Both the position numbers and the translations under genes were made by a program. Below the pieces are notes generated by a model. It was not told where the DNA came from, did not search any database, and was given only the letters and a program-made list of their open reading frames with translations. 64,000 bases of DNA from a candidate division FCPU426 bacterium (GTDB lineage: Bacteria > Oederibacteriota > Muellerivitia > Muellerivitales > Muellerivitaceae). Positions 1 through 10,161 of the stretch are shown here, piece after piece; the first letter of the stretch is position 1; every line of letters starts with the position of its first letter. The stretch spans positions 544,001 to 608,000 of the forward strand of contig CAWCKJ010000004.1 in NCBI GenBank assembly GCA_963796105.1, in the 5' to 3' direction.

Positions 1-487
1 ATCCGAAGACGAACCCAGGAATGGCCTCCCCGGATCAGGGATTGGTAGCTGGTGTATACGTAAACATGAAGACCCTGGCGGGCGCTGGTCAGGGCCAGGT
101 TATCCGCCGTGGAGGCTCCGCCGTCTCCTGCCGCGCCGCCAATACCCACAATGATTTCATTTTCCACTGATAAATCCTCCCCTTTGATTGATAAACCGAG
201 CCTGATTTAACCCCCCTACTTTCTCTCTCATTCAGTGAATGGAAAGACATCCTAATACACGGGAAAAAATCCATTCATTAGATCAACTAATAGTAAGAAA
301 GCTTCGCCAAAACAAGGGAATGCATCTCAATTTGGCGCCGCCAGGGATAGCATGATACCTAGGGAAACCTTAAAATCTCAACCACTCGAGGCCATGAAAT
401 TAAGGAAAAAAACGAAATTACCATCAATGGTGGTTTCTAAAGGAAAGAAGCCCTTTTAAAACACCGGGAGCCAGACTGGAACCCGAT

Positions 488-1336
488 TTATTTTTGCTTG
501 AGGCTAAAAGGGACCGGTTTTCCCGATCCTTCCATTTTGAGATAAGCGAATGACTTGGAACGAACCAACTTGCCTTTAGGACCGTAAAACCCCCTCAAGA
601 TCAAGCCAATACCCTTGGAGTAATAATCCCTCTGGGTTGAAATCAATCTTCCTTTCTTGAATTCCTTTTCGGACACGCATAAGCAATCGGGATAATTTCT
701 GGATTTGATCCTGGTTTTATCAAACCCAGCTTGAAAGGATTGGACGATTCCCCCCTTCAATTTATATTTCCACTTGACCCTGCGGCCTTTTTTGGGGAGC
801 TTAAGAAAACAAGATCGGCCGGATGGCTTTTTCCCGGTGAAGTTTTGGGCTCCTTCCAGAGTGAACAGAATATCCTGATACTCCGCCGTATCCAGAAAAC
901 CATCGGAAATTTTGAACTTTCCCACCAGGGTCCCGTCCCCCATTCTCCGGTATTCCTGGCACTCCACCACTCGGGTTTTCTTAACCCTCTCCCCAGGGGC
1001 TGGCGCTAAATACTCATAATTGACCTTCGAGCCCGGAACCACGGGAAAATAATCTTCCATTGTTGTTTCCGATGATTTAAGGATCCTGTCTTTTTTTGAG
1101 ATTCGATTCGGAACGGAGGTCGGAACCATCAGCGGCGGAGCGCTGGAATTCCTTCCTGGAAAAGCCGAGGAAGGGGTGGATATTATCCGGGGTATGGTGA
1201 TGAGGGGTTGCTTGAATCCCTGGACTTCCCTTCCCAGCTCGGAATTTCCCTGTCCAGGCGTGAGGGCGGGTAGAGAATCGGGCCAAACGGGAGATGAGAT
1301 AATAAGAAAAGCAAAGAAAAATTTAGCTCGGTTCAT
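488..1336 (-). CDS. Hypothetical secreted protein
   Basis: 282-aa ORF with a signal-peptide-like start (MNRAKFFFAFLIISSPVWP), a Pro/Ser-rich linker and a beta-rich C-terminal part ending ...DYYSKGIGLI. Confidence 0.6.
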   Translation of the reverse strand: MNRAKFFFAFLIISSPVWPDSLPALTPGQGNSELGREVQGFKQPLITIPRIISTPSSAFPGRNSSAPPLMVPTSVPNRISKKDRILKSSETTMEDYFPVVPGSKVNYEYLAPAPGERVKKTRVVECQEYRRMGDGTLVGKFKISDGFLDTAEYQDILFTLEGAQNFTGKKPSGRSCFLKLPKKGRRVKWKYKLKGGIVQSFQAGFDKTRIKSRNYPDCLCVSEKEFKKGRLISTQRDYYSKGIGLILRGFYGPKGKLVRSKSFAYLKMEGSGKPVPFSLKQK

Positions 1337-1473
1337 TCAAATCCTTGATGGAAGATTTTAGGTTGCCCCCATTTCATGCCTAGCGGCGCGCCAAGAAGGG
1401 AGCTTTTGACCCGAAAAATTGGATGGGCGATTCGTAAATAATTTTAAAAATCCAGCGGACGGATTTTAAACCT

Positions 1474-1935
1474 TCACTCGAATCCGTAAAAAGAATAGGG
1501 AATTTGCTTGGAATCGGTAATGGTGCTATTGACGTAAACCTCACCTAATGTGCTGTCATAAAGCCATCCAACCCCGCTTGCCGCGGGGACTGAGGCCACG
1601 GTGGTCATGCTGACCTCCGCTCCCGATGGGCTGATGGCTCCCGGCACAAAATACCCGGTGACTTTAACTGGATTGACGTTGTCCAAATATTGGCTGAAGC
1701 TATAGTTCGGAAAGGAACTTAATGTCGAGGGCCAAACCCCATGTTGGTCGCCGTAATAAATGATGACCGCGGCTTTCAGTCCCGACAAACTGCCTTTGGT
1801 TTGCCCTTCCTTGGACCTTTCGATCATTTGCCCGAACCGGGGTATGGCGACAGCGGCAAGAATACCGATAATGGCGATCACAATCATGAGTTCAACCAAA
1901 GTAAACCCGTGAAGGGTTCTCTGAAACCGCCGCAT
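1474..1935 (-). CDS. Prepilin-type N-terminal cleavage/methylation protein (GspG/pilin-like)
   Basis: Class III signal G|FTLVELMIVIAIIGILAAVAIPRF with Glu5; start placed at ATG 1935 (MRRFQRTLHG). Confidence 0.9.
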   Translation of the reverse strand: MRRFQRTLHGFTLVELMIVIAIIGILAAVAIPRFGQMIERSKEGQTKGSLSGLKAAVIIYYGDQHGVWPSTLSSFPNYSFSQYLDNVNPVKVTGYFVPGAISPSGAEVSMTTVASVPAASGVGWLYDSTLGEVYVNSTITDSKQIPYSFYGFE

Positions 1936-2190
1936 ACCCACCCCCAAAAGGCAAAAAAATAAAACGAATATTCTTTATGAATACCACGACCCAAGCTTAT
2001 TTTAACGTATTTTCGAGTTTTAATTTCGCGAAAAAGGAAATAACCGGCAAAAAACATATCGCTGGAATTATGGGTCAATCGGGGCCTTTTCAACTCAATT
2101 AAGGACATGGCGGTAGATGGCAAATAGGACGCCCTTCAGTAAGGTTGGAAAGCTGGAAATCGGGAACTGGTTTTAGAAAACCAAGAGATT

Positions 2191-3621
2191 TTAAAAAGGA
2201 AATTTCAGGAACCCCGCCGCCAAAATAGCTAAAGCGCAAAGGAAAAAAACCGTTTGAATTCCAAAGGAGGGAAACCCGAATTCTTTTTCCCCCTCGCCGG
2301 ACGGCTTCATATAAAAATAGGCCACAACGCGCAAGTAATAATAAGCCGAAACAAAACTGTTCAAGACCGCGATGAGGGCCAGCCCCACCATTCCGTGATC
2401 CACTGAAAGCTTAAATAGGTAATATTTCCCGAAAAAACCCGCCGTCGGAGTCATGCCGGCGAGTGAAAATAGGAACAAAGACATCCATAAAGCCCTCCAC
2501 GGATGGCGGGAGCCAAATCCGCGAAAATCCTCCAGGCTCACTCGGGTCTCCCCTTTCCCCCCCTCCCAGGCCAGCCAGCCGAAAGCCCCGGCGGACATAA
2601 GAGTGTAGGCCAAAAGGTAGAAAGCCACGGCCCTTTCCACTTGGTCCGCTGGGGCGAGGGAAGCGGCGGAAAGACCCACAAGGATATAACCCGCGTGGGC
2701 CACGCTGGAATAAGCCAGCATCCGTTTGAGGCTGGTTTGCATCAGGGCCCCCATATTTCCCACTGTCATGCTTAGGACCGCCATGGCCATCAGGGCGTAG
2801 GTCCAAGCGCCGGGAAACCCGAAAGTTTCCGTGAACAACCGGGTCAAGGCCCCGAAAGCCGCCGCTTTCACGCCTGTGGCAAGCAAGGAGGCTACGGGAG
2901 CCGGAGCTCCGTCATAAACATCGGGCGCCCAGAAGTGAAACGGAACTGAGGCGGTCTTGAACCCAAAACCGGCTAAGATGAAAGCTATCCCGCATTTCAC
3001 GAAAAACGACCCGGAGTGTCCTTGTTCCAGGTAAATACGGATATTTTGGAATTGGAGGGACCCGGCCGCCCCATACAGATAGGCCATGCCCATCAGGAGA
3101 AAGGCCGAGGCGAACACTCCGGTCAGGAAATACTTGAGCGAAGCCTCCAAGGATCTTTCCCGGACGCGCAAATACCCCGACAGGACATAGGAAGACAGGG
3201 ACATGATCTCCAGCCCCACAAAAAGGGTCAGGAACTCGGAGGCCATCACCAGAATCATCATTCCGGAAACCGCCAAAAGCAAAAGGGCGTAATATTCCCC
3301 CGTGGCCGAGTTTTCCCGGCGCAAATAAGTGTCGGAGAAAGCGCAGGCTAAAAGGCCTGAAAGAAGGCAGATACCCTGGAGCGTCAGGGAGTAAAGGTCC
3401 ATCACCACGGCTCCCTGGAATAGGGGACCCGTCATGGGCCGGATAGAAAGAAGCCTGAAAACCGACCCTAAAGCGATTAGGAGAATGGCGCCGGTGAGGA
3501 TGGGGGCAATCTTTCGCCCGTCCTCCTTCAGGATAATTTCCAGAAGAAGCAGGAGTGCCGAGCCGGCCGCCACCAGCCAAAAAGGAAAAAGGCCCCAAAA
3601 GGAAGGCAGTACGCTTGTCAT
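2191..3621 (-). CDS. nuoN: NADH-quinone oxidoreductase subunit N
   Basis: EASLKYF, FKxxxVPFHFWAPDVYDGAP and KRMLAYSSVAHAGY motifs; start ATG 3621 overlaps the nuoM stop (ATGA). Confidence 0.95.
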   Translation of the reverse strand: MTSVLPSFWGLFPFWLVAAGSALLLLLEIILKEDGRKIAPILTGAILLIALGSVFRLLSIRPMTGPLFQGAVVMDLYSLTLQGICLLSGLLACAFSDTYLRRENSATGEYYALLLLAVSGMMILVMASEFLTLFVGLEIMSLSSYVLSGYLRVRERSLEASLKYFLTGVFASAFLLMGMAYLYGAAGSLQFQNIRIYLEQGHSGSFFVKCGIAFILAGFGFKTASVPFHFWAPDVYDGAPAPVASLLATGVKAAAFGALTRLFTETFGFPGAWTYALMAMAVLSMTVGNMGALMQTSLKRMLAYSSVAHAGYILVGLSAASLAPADQVERAVAFYLLAYTLMSAGAFGWLAWEGGKGETRVSLEDFRGFGSRHPWRALWMSLFLFSLAGMTPTAGFFGKYYLFKLSVDHGMVGLALIAVLNSFVSAYYYLRVVAYFYMKPSGEGEKEFGFPSFGIQTVFFLCALAILAAGFLKFPF

Positions 3622-5141
3622 CGGTTGAATCTCTTTTCTTTGTCCACTTCCTCCTGAATGCGCCTTTGCTGAGCCGCGAACTCGGTCATGGTGGGAGGGG
3701 GCTTTAGTTTCAAAATGATCTTCATTTGAACCGACTTTTCCAGCGGACGGAGAAAGAAGTTGGGAAAAAGTCCCATCCAAAGCGTCAAGACGACCAAGGG
3801 CAACAACGTCAAGCCCTCCCTGAGGGACAAATCCCCGGCGCTTCCAGTCTCGCGGGAAGGCCCGAAAAAAACATTCCCATAAAGGCTGTACATGTACCAG
3901 CCAGCCAGTACAAAACCCACCAAGGCTGACAAAGCGAGCAGGTGGTAATTTTGGTAGGCTGAAACCAGAGTTAAAATCTCCCCCACAAATCCCCCGAAAC
4001 CGGGCATGCCAAGGGCGGCGAGCATGATCCAAAGGAACGCCGAAGCCAGAAGGGGCGCTCCCTTGGCCATACCCCCGTAGGAGGACATCTCGTGGGATTG
4101 TCCCCTCTCATGGATCATTCCGATGAGAAGGAACAATCCCCCTATGTAAACGCCGTGGGCCATCATCAAGTAAAGACTTCCCTGCAGGCTGGACTCCGTG
4201 AGGGTGAAAATTCCCAGGACGATCAATCCCATATGGGAAAACGAGGCATAAGCGGTCATTCGCTTGAAATTCGTTTGGATGGAGGCCATGAGGGACCCGT
4301 GGATGATCCCTGCCACGGCCAGAACCATCAGCCAAGGGGCGAAATTCTTGGCCGCAACAGGGAAAAGAGGGATGCAAAAGCGGAGCAGTCCATAAGCGCC
4401 CAGTTTCACCAGGACCGCCGAAAGAAGGACCGTGCCGCCCGCCGGGGCCTCGGTATAGGCATCCGGCAGCCAGGCGTGGAACGGGATCAAGGGAACCTTG
4501 ATCAGGAACGCCAGGGCGAAGGCGAGGAAGCACCAGAATTGTACATCCTCCGGGAACCAGTGCTCAAAGATCTTTTCGTAATCGAAGCTTTTGGCTTCGT
4601 GGGTGATATAAAGAAGGCCAACCAGCATCAAAACGGAACCCAGCATCGTGAAAAGAACGAATTTCGTCGTGGCTTTGACCCGGTTCTCGCCGCCCCAAAT
4701 CCCGATGAGAAAAAACGCCGGGATCAGCATGAGCTCCCAAAAAAGATAGAAAATGAACAAATCGGTGGCGGTGAGAGTCCCGATCACCGACGCCTCCATC
4801 AGAAGCACGCTCGCGCAAAACCCGCGGACGTTCTTTTGGATGGCGCGGTAGCTTCCCAGCAGGACCAGGGGGGTCAAAAGGGTTGTCAACAGGATCAGCC
4901 AGAGGGAGATGCCGTCCATTCCAAGGCTGTAATGGATGCCCATGGATGGAAGAAGGTCGTATTTCTCGCGGAATTGGAAACCCCCGTCATCCGGGTCAAA
5001 ACGGGTGTATAGGGACAGGGAAATGATAAAAACCGCCAAAGAAGCCGCAAACGAGAATTTCTTGGCCCCCCTTTCGGGGGGAATCAATCCCGTCAGAAGC
5101 GAGGCGGCGATAGGCAAGCCGATTAAAATGGAAAGAATCAA
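3618..5141 (-). CDS. nuoM: NADH-quinone oxidoreductase subunit M
   Basis: FWELMLIP, IKVPLIPFHAWLPDAYTEAP and KLGAYG motifs; operon position. Confidence 0.95.
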   Translation of the reverse strand: MILSILIGLPIAASLLTGLIPPERGAKKFSFAASLAVFIISLSLYTRFDPDDGGFQFREKYDLLPSMGIHYSLGMDGISLWLILLTTLLTPLVLLGSYRAIQKNVRGFCASVLLMEASVIGTLTATDLFIFYLFWELMLIPAFFLIGIWGGENRVKATTKFVLFTMLGSVLMLVGLLYITHEAKSFDYEKIFEHWFPEDVQFWCFLAFALAFLIKVPLIPFHAWLPDAYTEAPAGGTVLLSAVLVKLGAYGLLRFCIPLFPVAAKNFAPWLMVLAVAGIIHGSLMASIQTNFKRMTAYASFSHMGLIVLGIFTLTESSLQGSLYLMMAHGVYIGGLFLLIGMIHERGQSHEMSSYGGMAKGAPLLASAFLWIMLAALGMPGFGGFVGEILTLVSAYQNYHLLALSALVGFVLAGWYMYSLYGNVFFGPSRETGSAGDLSLREGLTLLPLVVLTLWMGLFPNFFLRPLEKSVQMKIILKLKPPPTMTEFAAQQRRIQEEVDKEKRFNR

Positions 5142-5225
5142 GAGAACCTCTTTTATATCCTTATGAATTTGAGACTTTTTGACAGTTTAGTAGGCGGCTC
5201 CTGCGGCCGTTCCCTTTTCCATAGG

Positions 5226-7208
5226 TTAATGCGTCAACATGTAAATCAGCAAAGCGGCGCCGATGGCGATATAAAGCAGGTAGACCCGGATCAAGCCGAC
5301 CTGGAAACCACGAAGAAGTTTCGCCAAACCGTAAAACCCCCTGACCGCGGCATCTATCATCCGGTTGATCAGAAGCTGTTCGACAATCCTGTTTGAAACC
5401 ACATTCGCGAAACTTTTGACCCATTTGATAACGGTCATCTCGTAAATTTTGTCAACATAATATTTTTGCTCAATGGCTTTCTTCCCCCCGGGGATCAGTT
5501 TTAGAATCCTCGCGCTGACGTTGTGCTTCAAGCCATAGACGTACCAAGCCGCGCCCGCGCCCAAGCCCGCTACCAGGAAAGACAGGAGCATCAACAAGGG
5601 TTCCACCTTCGGGGAAAGGGCGTTGGGTTCGAGGGAGGAGAGCCGGAAAAGGGGCTCGAGAAATTTATTAAACGGATTTTCACCGCCGATTCCCTCAGGC
5701 ACGCCGATCCACCCCACGAAGATGGAGCCCAACGCCAGGATAAAGAGAGGAATTACCATCGCGCGCGGGGACTCATGCATCTGCTCAAACATTTCCGGGG
5801 TGCCCTTGAATTCCCCCAAAAAAACCAAGACAACCAGCCTTGTCAGGTAGAAGGCCGTTAAAAAAGCCGCAGTCAAGGCCCCGAAATAAAGTACTTCAGG
5901 AAGTCCCGGCACCAAAGAGTTCGGGGTGGCGAGGGTCCTCCAGAGAATTTCATCCTTGCTGAAAAAAGACCCGCAAAAGGGAAGAAGCCCCGTCAGGGAA
6001 AGCCAGCCAATCAGGAAGGACACGCTCGTCAGGGGCACATGCTTTAAAAGGCCTCCCATCTTCCGGATATCCTGCTCGCCCTTGAGGACGTGAATGACGG
6101 AACCGGCTCCCAAAAAAAGGCAGGCTTTGGAAAAACCATGGGTGATGAGGTGGAACATCCCGGCTGAATAGGCTCCGACTCCCGCCCCCAGAAACATGAA
6201 TCCCAGCTGGGAAATGGTGGAATAGGCCAGTATTTTTTTAATGTCGTTCTGGCCCAGGGCGATGGTGCCGGCCAATAGCGCCGTCAATAGGCCGATGACA
6301 GCCACTGTCATGGAAGCCCAGGGGGCCAGCACATAAAGAAAATGAAGCCGGGCCACCAGGTAAACACCCGCGGTCACCATCGTGGCCGCGTGGATCAAGG
6401 CCGAGACCGGCGTCGGCCCCGCCATGGCGTCCGGCAGCCAGACATACAGGGGAATTTGGGCGGACTTCCCGGCCGCTCCGAAGAAAAAGCAAAGACAGGC
6501 TAGGGTGGCCATGGTCTCGTTAAAAGCCATCTTATGGGCTTGAAGGTCGTTGAAATCGAGGGTCCCGGTCAATCCGTAAACAATTAAAAGTCCGGCCAGG
6601 AAACCCGCGTCCCCGATCCTGTTCAAAATGATGGCTTTTTTCCCCGCGTCGGCCTTGGCTTTGTCCTCAAACCAGAAACTGATGAGGATATAAGAACAGA
6701 ACCCGACTCCCTCCCATCCCAGGAAAAGAACCAGCAAGTTCTCCGCCATGACTAGCACCAGCATGGAGAAAAGGAAAAGATTGAGAAATACGAAATACCG
6801 TCCAAAACCTTCGTCCCCCTTCATATAACCCACCGAGTAGAGATGGATAAGGCTTGAGACAAACGTGATAAAAACAGCCATGACGATGGAAAGCGAGTCG
6901 AGCTGCAAATTCAATCGGACATGAAAACCCCCCGCCTCGATCCAATCGAACAAGTCCTGGACCAGGCAAACATTCTCATGGAGATTCTTGAATTGGAGGA
7001 AAACCAGGAAAGCGGCGAGGAAGGAAAATACGGACGCCCCGCACCCGATGACGGAATAAATCCTCTCAGCAAAAGACGTTTTCCTTCCCGGGAAAAACAG
7101 GACGAATAAGCCGTTGAGGACGGCGCCCAGGAGGGGAAACGCCGGTATGAGCCAGATCCAGCCGTTGGGGATCAAGGCACTGTTTTGAATGTGTTCGAGT
7201 CCTAGCAT
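5226..7208 (-). CDS. nuoL: NADH-quinone oxidoreductase subunit L
   Basis: GWEGVGFCSY, NRIGD, GKSAQIPLYVWLPDAMAGPTPVSALIHAATMVTAGVYL. Confidence 0.97.
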   Translation of the reverse strand: MLGLEHIQNSALIPNGWIWLIPAFPLLGAVLNGLFVLFFPGRKTSFAERIYSVIGCGASVFSFLAAFLVFLQFKNLHENVCLVQDLFDWIEAGGFHVRLNLQLDSLSIVMAVFITFVSSLIHLYSVGYMKGDEGFGRYFVFLNLFLFSMLVLVMAENLLVLFLGWEGVGFCSYILISFWFEDKAKADAGKKAIILNRIGDAGFLAGLLIVYGLTGTLDFNDLQAHKMAFNETMATLACLCFFFGAAGKSAQIPLYVWLPDAMAGPTPVSALIHAATMVTAGVYLVARLHFLYVLAPWASMTVAVIGLLTALLAGTIALGQNDIKKILAYSTISQLGFMFLGAGVGAYSAGMFHLITHGFSKACLFLGAGSVIHVLKGEQDIRKMGGLLKHVPLTSVSFLIGWLSLTGLLPFCGSFFSKDEILWRTLATPNSLVPGLPEVLYFGALTAAFLTAFYLTRLVVLVFLGEFKGTPEMFEQMHESPRAMVIPLFILALGSIFVGWIGVPEGIGGENPFNKFLEPLFRLSSLEPNALSPKVEPLLMLLSFLVAGLGAGAAWYVYGLKHNVSARILKLIPGGKKAIEQKYYVDKIYEMTVIKWVKSFANVVSNRIVEQLLINRMIDAAVRGFYGLAKLLRGFQVGLIRVYLLYIAIGAALLIYMLTH

Positions 7209-7248
7209 TTAGTCCCGCGCCTCAATTCATGGATGATATCAATTATTC

Positions 7249-7566
7249 TCAGCCCTTCAAACTGCTGAATAAATCAACGTCAACGGAGTTCCTCAAGCGG
7301 TACAGGGCCAGGAGGAGGGCCAGTCCCACGCAAGCCTCGGCCGCCGCGACCGCCACGACGAACAGGGCCGCCACCTGCCCGGCCATGTCGCCGTTGATCC
7401 TGGAAAATGTGACGAAGGAAAGATTGATCGCGTTCAGCATGAGTTCCAACGACATCAGGATGACGAAAAGGTTCCTCCGGGAGAATACTCCCGCCATGCC
7501 CACGATAAATAAGAGAGTGGAAAGGACCAGGTAATGGGACGGCGTCACTGGGAAAAACAAGTCCAT
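7249..7566 (-). CDS. nuoK: NADH-quinone oxidoreductase subunit K
   Basis: RRNLFVILMSLELMLNAINL and VAAAEACVGLA; start at ATG 7566. Confidence 0.95.
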   Translation of the reverse strand: MDLFFPVTPSHYLVLSTLLFIVGMAGVFSRRNLFVILMSLELMLNAINLSFVTFSRINGDMAGQVAALFVVAVAAAEACVGLALLLALYRLRNSVDVDLFSSLKG

Positions 7567-7639
7567 ATGAACCCCGAATCGAATAAAGTTCCCGGGCCTT
7601 GACCGGGTCAGCCATTTCCTCAACCAGCCGCGAATCCTT

Positions 7640-7663
7640 GCTACAAACCGTCCGGTTTGTAGC
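7640..7663. repeat. Perfect intergenic hairpin between nuoJ and nuoK
   Basis: GCTACAAACCG-TC-CGGTTTGTAGC (11-bp stem); REP-like or mRNA-stabilising, function unknown. Confidence 0.5.
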
Positions 7664-7677
7664 GGTCTTATATGCCG

Positions 7678-8181
7678 TTAAAGTTTCTTTTTTGCCAGCA
7701 CCACCGCTCCTACGACAGCCGTTAGGAGCAGCAGTGAAAGCATCTCGAATGGAAACAAATAGATCGAAAAAATCTTTTCCCCCACGCTGACAAGCCCTCC
7801 GAAATCCGCGGGAATCAGCGAATTTTTCAAGCCCCGGGAGGGAAAACCCAACGACAGGAAAGGGCTTAGAAACATCCCAGCCGAACCTAGAAGCGCCAAG
7901 GCTACGACCGCCCATTTCGCCCTCAATTTCCCCAACTCTTCCTCATGAAGGTTCAACAGCATGATGACGAAAAGCACCAGGACCGTGATGCCCCCCGCGT
8001 AGATCAGAACCTGGACCACCGCGATAAACTGGGCTGAAAGCAGGGCGTAAAGTCCCGCCAAGGCGGCGAAAGCGCCCACCATAGCCAGGGCGGAAGCTAT
8101 GGGATTGGTCCGGGTGATCACCAAAAGACCCAAACCCAGCAAGAGCGCCGAAAGAATGTAAAACACCGCCGATTCCATCAT
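7678..8181 (-). CDS. nuoJ: NADH-quinone oxidoreductase subunit J
   Basis: QVLIYAGGITVLVLFVIMLL and YLFPFEMLSLLLL. Confidence 0.95.
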   Translation of the reverse strand: MMESAVFYILSALLLGLGLLVITRTNPIASALAMVGAFAALAGLYALLSAQFIAVVQVLIYAGGITVLVLFVIMLLNLHEEELGKLRAKWAVVALALLGSAGMFLSPFLSLGFPSRGLKNSLIPADFGGLVSVGEKIFSIYLFPFEMLSLLLLTAVVGAVVLAKKKL

Positions 8182-8222
8182 GATTACCTCAAGCAAAAAT
8201 TCTCAAAATGAGGACCGATCCG

Positions 8223-8780
8223 TCAGGGCTTGGCATGCGGTCCATGGGTCCAAATTAAAGGCCGGGGTGGATTATAACCGGTAACGAAGTCGCTGTTGTC
8301 ATGATCCATCAGGAATTTCTTGTCGTACACGAGGCTTTGACGGGTGTAACCGGCCAGGGTCACTTCCGGCACGTCCATTCGGATGGCGTCCAGGGGGCAG
8401 GCATCCACGCAAAAGCCGCAGTAAACACAGCGCAGCATGTCGATGTCGAATTTTTCCGGGAACTTCTCGATAAACGGGTCCTTGGACTCGGCCGCCCGGA
8501 TATGGATGCACTCGGCCGGACATGCGGTGGCGCAAAGCATGCAGGCGGTGCACCGGGTGGAGCCGTCCTGCCGCTTCATCAGGCGGTGCCGGCCCCGGGT
8601 CGCGGGAGGAAGCGCCTTTTTCTCTTCGGGGAAAAAAACCGTGGGGATCCGGCCGGGATTCAGGAGGTTTTGAACAGCGTGACGCAGGGTCACGTAAAGG
8701 CCTCCCAAGATCTCGGCGATGTAAAATTTTTGCAGGGCCCTCATTTTGGGCCGGTTCACGATTTTCAAGGAATCCCCCAA
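8223..8780 (-). CDS. nuoI: NADH-quinone oxidoreductase subunit I
   Basis: Two CxxCxxCxxxCP ferredoxin motifs (CTACMLCATACP, CVYCGFCVDACP) and RGRHRL. Confidence 0.95.
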   Translation of the reverse strand: MGDSLKIVNRPKMRALQKFYIAEILGGLYVTLRHAVQNLLNPGRIPTVFFPEEKKALPPATRGRHRLMKRQDGSTRCTACMLCATACPAECIHIRAAESKDPFIEKFPEKFDIDMLRCVYCGFCVDACPLDAIRMDVPEVTLAGYTRQSLVYDKKFLMDHDNSDFVTGYNPPRPLIWTHGPHAKP

Positions 8781-8808
8781 ACAAAGCGGTTAATCACCCG
8801 GTCCATTC

Positions 8809-10119
8809 TCAACTTTTTTGAACCAGGATTAAAACTCCAGTAACCAGCAGGTTCAACAATGCGATGGGCAGCATGATTCTCCAGCCCAGCTTCATGAGCT
8901 GGTCGTAGCGGAATCTCGGCAAGGTCCAGCGCACCCAAACATAAAGCCAGCAAAAGAATAAAACCTTTACGAGCAGCGTCAGGACCTGCAGGACGGCGGT
9001 GAATACCGGCGGAGCCCATTCGGGTAAAGGTCCGTTCAAAAAAGCGTAACCCAGGCAGGCAAGTCCCGCCAGGACGCCGAGAAAACCAGTCCCCGAAATC
9101 AGGAAAGGCTCCCACCGCTTTAGGCCCTGATATTGGTTTTGATTTCGTTTGGCCCGCAAATAGAGGACGAACCCGAATAATCCCCCCCCGGTCACGAGGG
9201 CCAATCCGAGAATCTTCAGCGTCACGGAAGGGTTTTGCCTGAGAAAATCCGCAGTCGCGAACGGGACCTGGTATCCCCCTAGAAATAGGGTGGAAAGGAC
9301 GAAGGATACCACCGTCATATTCACGTATTCCGCCATGAAGAAAAGGGCGAATTTCACGCCGGAGTATTCCACATGGTATCCGGCCACGAGCTCACTTTCA
9401 CCCTCCGCCAGGTCAAAAGGGTTCCGATTGGTCTCGGCGAAACCGCAGACCAAAAATAAGAGAAATCCCACCGGTTGGAGAAAAATGCCCCAGTTGGGAA
9501 GAGGCAAAGCGTATCCAAAGAAGCTCAAAAAACCTCCCTGGATTTCCACCACCTGGCCCATTCCAGCTTGCTGGTAGGACATCAACAAACCCGCCAAAGC
9601 CAGGCCCATGGAAAGCTCGTAGGAAATCATTTGGGCGGAGGACCGCAATCCCCCTAGCAGGGAAAACTTGTTGTTGGAGGACCATCCCGCCAAGATCACC
9701 CCGAACACGCCCAAACCGGCGATGGAGAAAATATAGAGTGCTCCCATACCCAAATCGGCCGCTTGGAACCGCAAGGTACGGCTCCCGAAAGTCTCCGGGG
9801 AGGCAAGGGGAATGACGAGCAGGGGAAGAAGCGCGATAGTCATGGACCAGCAGGGAGCCAGGAAGTAGTAAAAACGGTTGACCCGGCCCGGAGTGACGCT
9901 TTCCTTCATCATCAGCTTGAGCGTGTCGGCGAAATTTTGGATGTACCCCATAAGGCGCAACCCAAGGATGTCAGTCCGATTGGGGCCGATGCGGTCCTGA
10001 ATCACCGCGCTTCCCTTTCGCTCCAACCAGATCAGGAAGGGGATGAAAGATAGCGGAAGAATCCAAGCGACCACCACCATGAACGTGGTATTGAGGAAGA
10101 TGAATAGCTGGTTATCCAA
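8809..10119 (-). CDS. nuoH: NADH-quinone oxidoreductase subunit H
   Basis: ERK...QDRIGPNR, AETNRNPFDLAEGESELVAGYHVEYSG, RWTLPRFRYDQLM; TTG start after a GGAGG RBS. Confidence 0.96.
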   Translation of the reverse strand: MDNQLFIFLNTTFMVVVAWILPLSFIPFLIWLERKGSAVIQDRIGPNRTDILGLRLMGYIQNFADTLKLMMKESVTPGRVNRFYYFLAPCWSMTIALLPLLVIPLASPETFGSRTLRFQAADLGMGALYIFSIAGLGVFGVILAGWSSNNKFSLLGGLRSSAQMISYELSMGLALAGLLMSYQQAGMGQVVEIQGGFLSFFGYALPLPNWGIFLQPVGFLLFLVCGFAETNRNPFDLAEGESELVAGYHVEYSGVKFALFFMAEYVNMTVVSFVLSTLFLGGYQVPFATADFLRQNPSVTLKILGLALVTGGGLFGFVLYLRAKRNQNQYQGLKRWEPFLISGTGFLGVLAGLACLGYAFLNGPLPEWAPPVFTAVLQVLTLLVKVLFFCWLYVWVRWTLPRFRYDQLMKLGWRIMLPIALLNLLVTGVLILVQKS

Positions 10120-10161
10120 TGCTTCCTCCCAAAACGATTCTTCTCAAACGGGCTTTTTGTT

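Noticed and set aside
1..487. Gene or RNA at the left edge
   Set aside because: Only a 61-aa ORF without features; no tRNA or rRNA signatures were noticed here or elsewhere in the window.
3622..4032. N-terminal extension of the 613-aa nuoN ORF
   Set aside because: It overlaps nuoM in another frame. The ATGA-coupled start at 3621 gives a normal-length NuoN.
4092..5012. Long antisense or alternate-frame ORFs (e.g. 4092-5012, 10906-11793, 32672-33760, 50189-51103)
   Set aside because: They are shadows of high-GC3 genes on the opposite strand, with no recognisable motifs.
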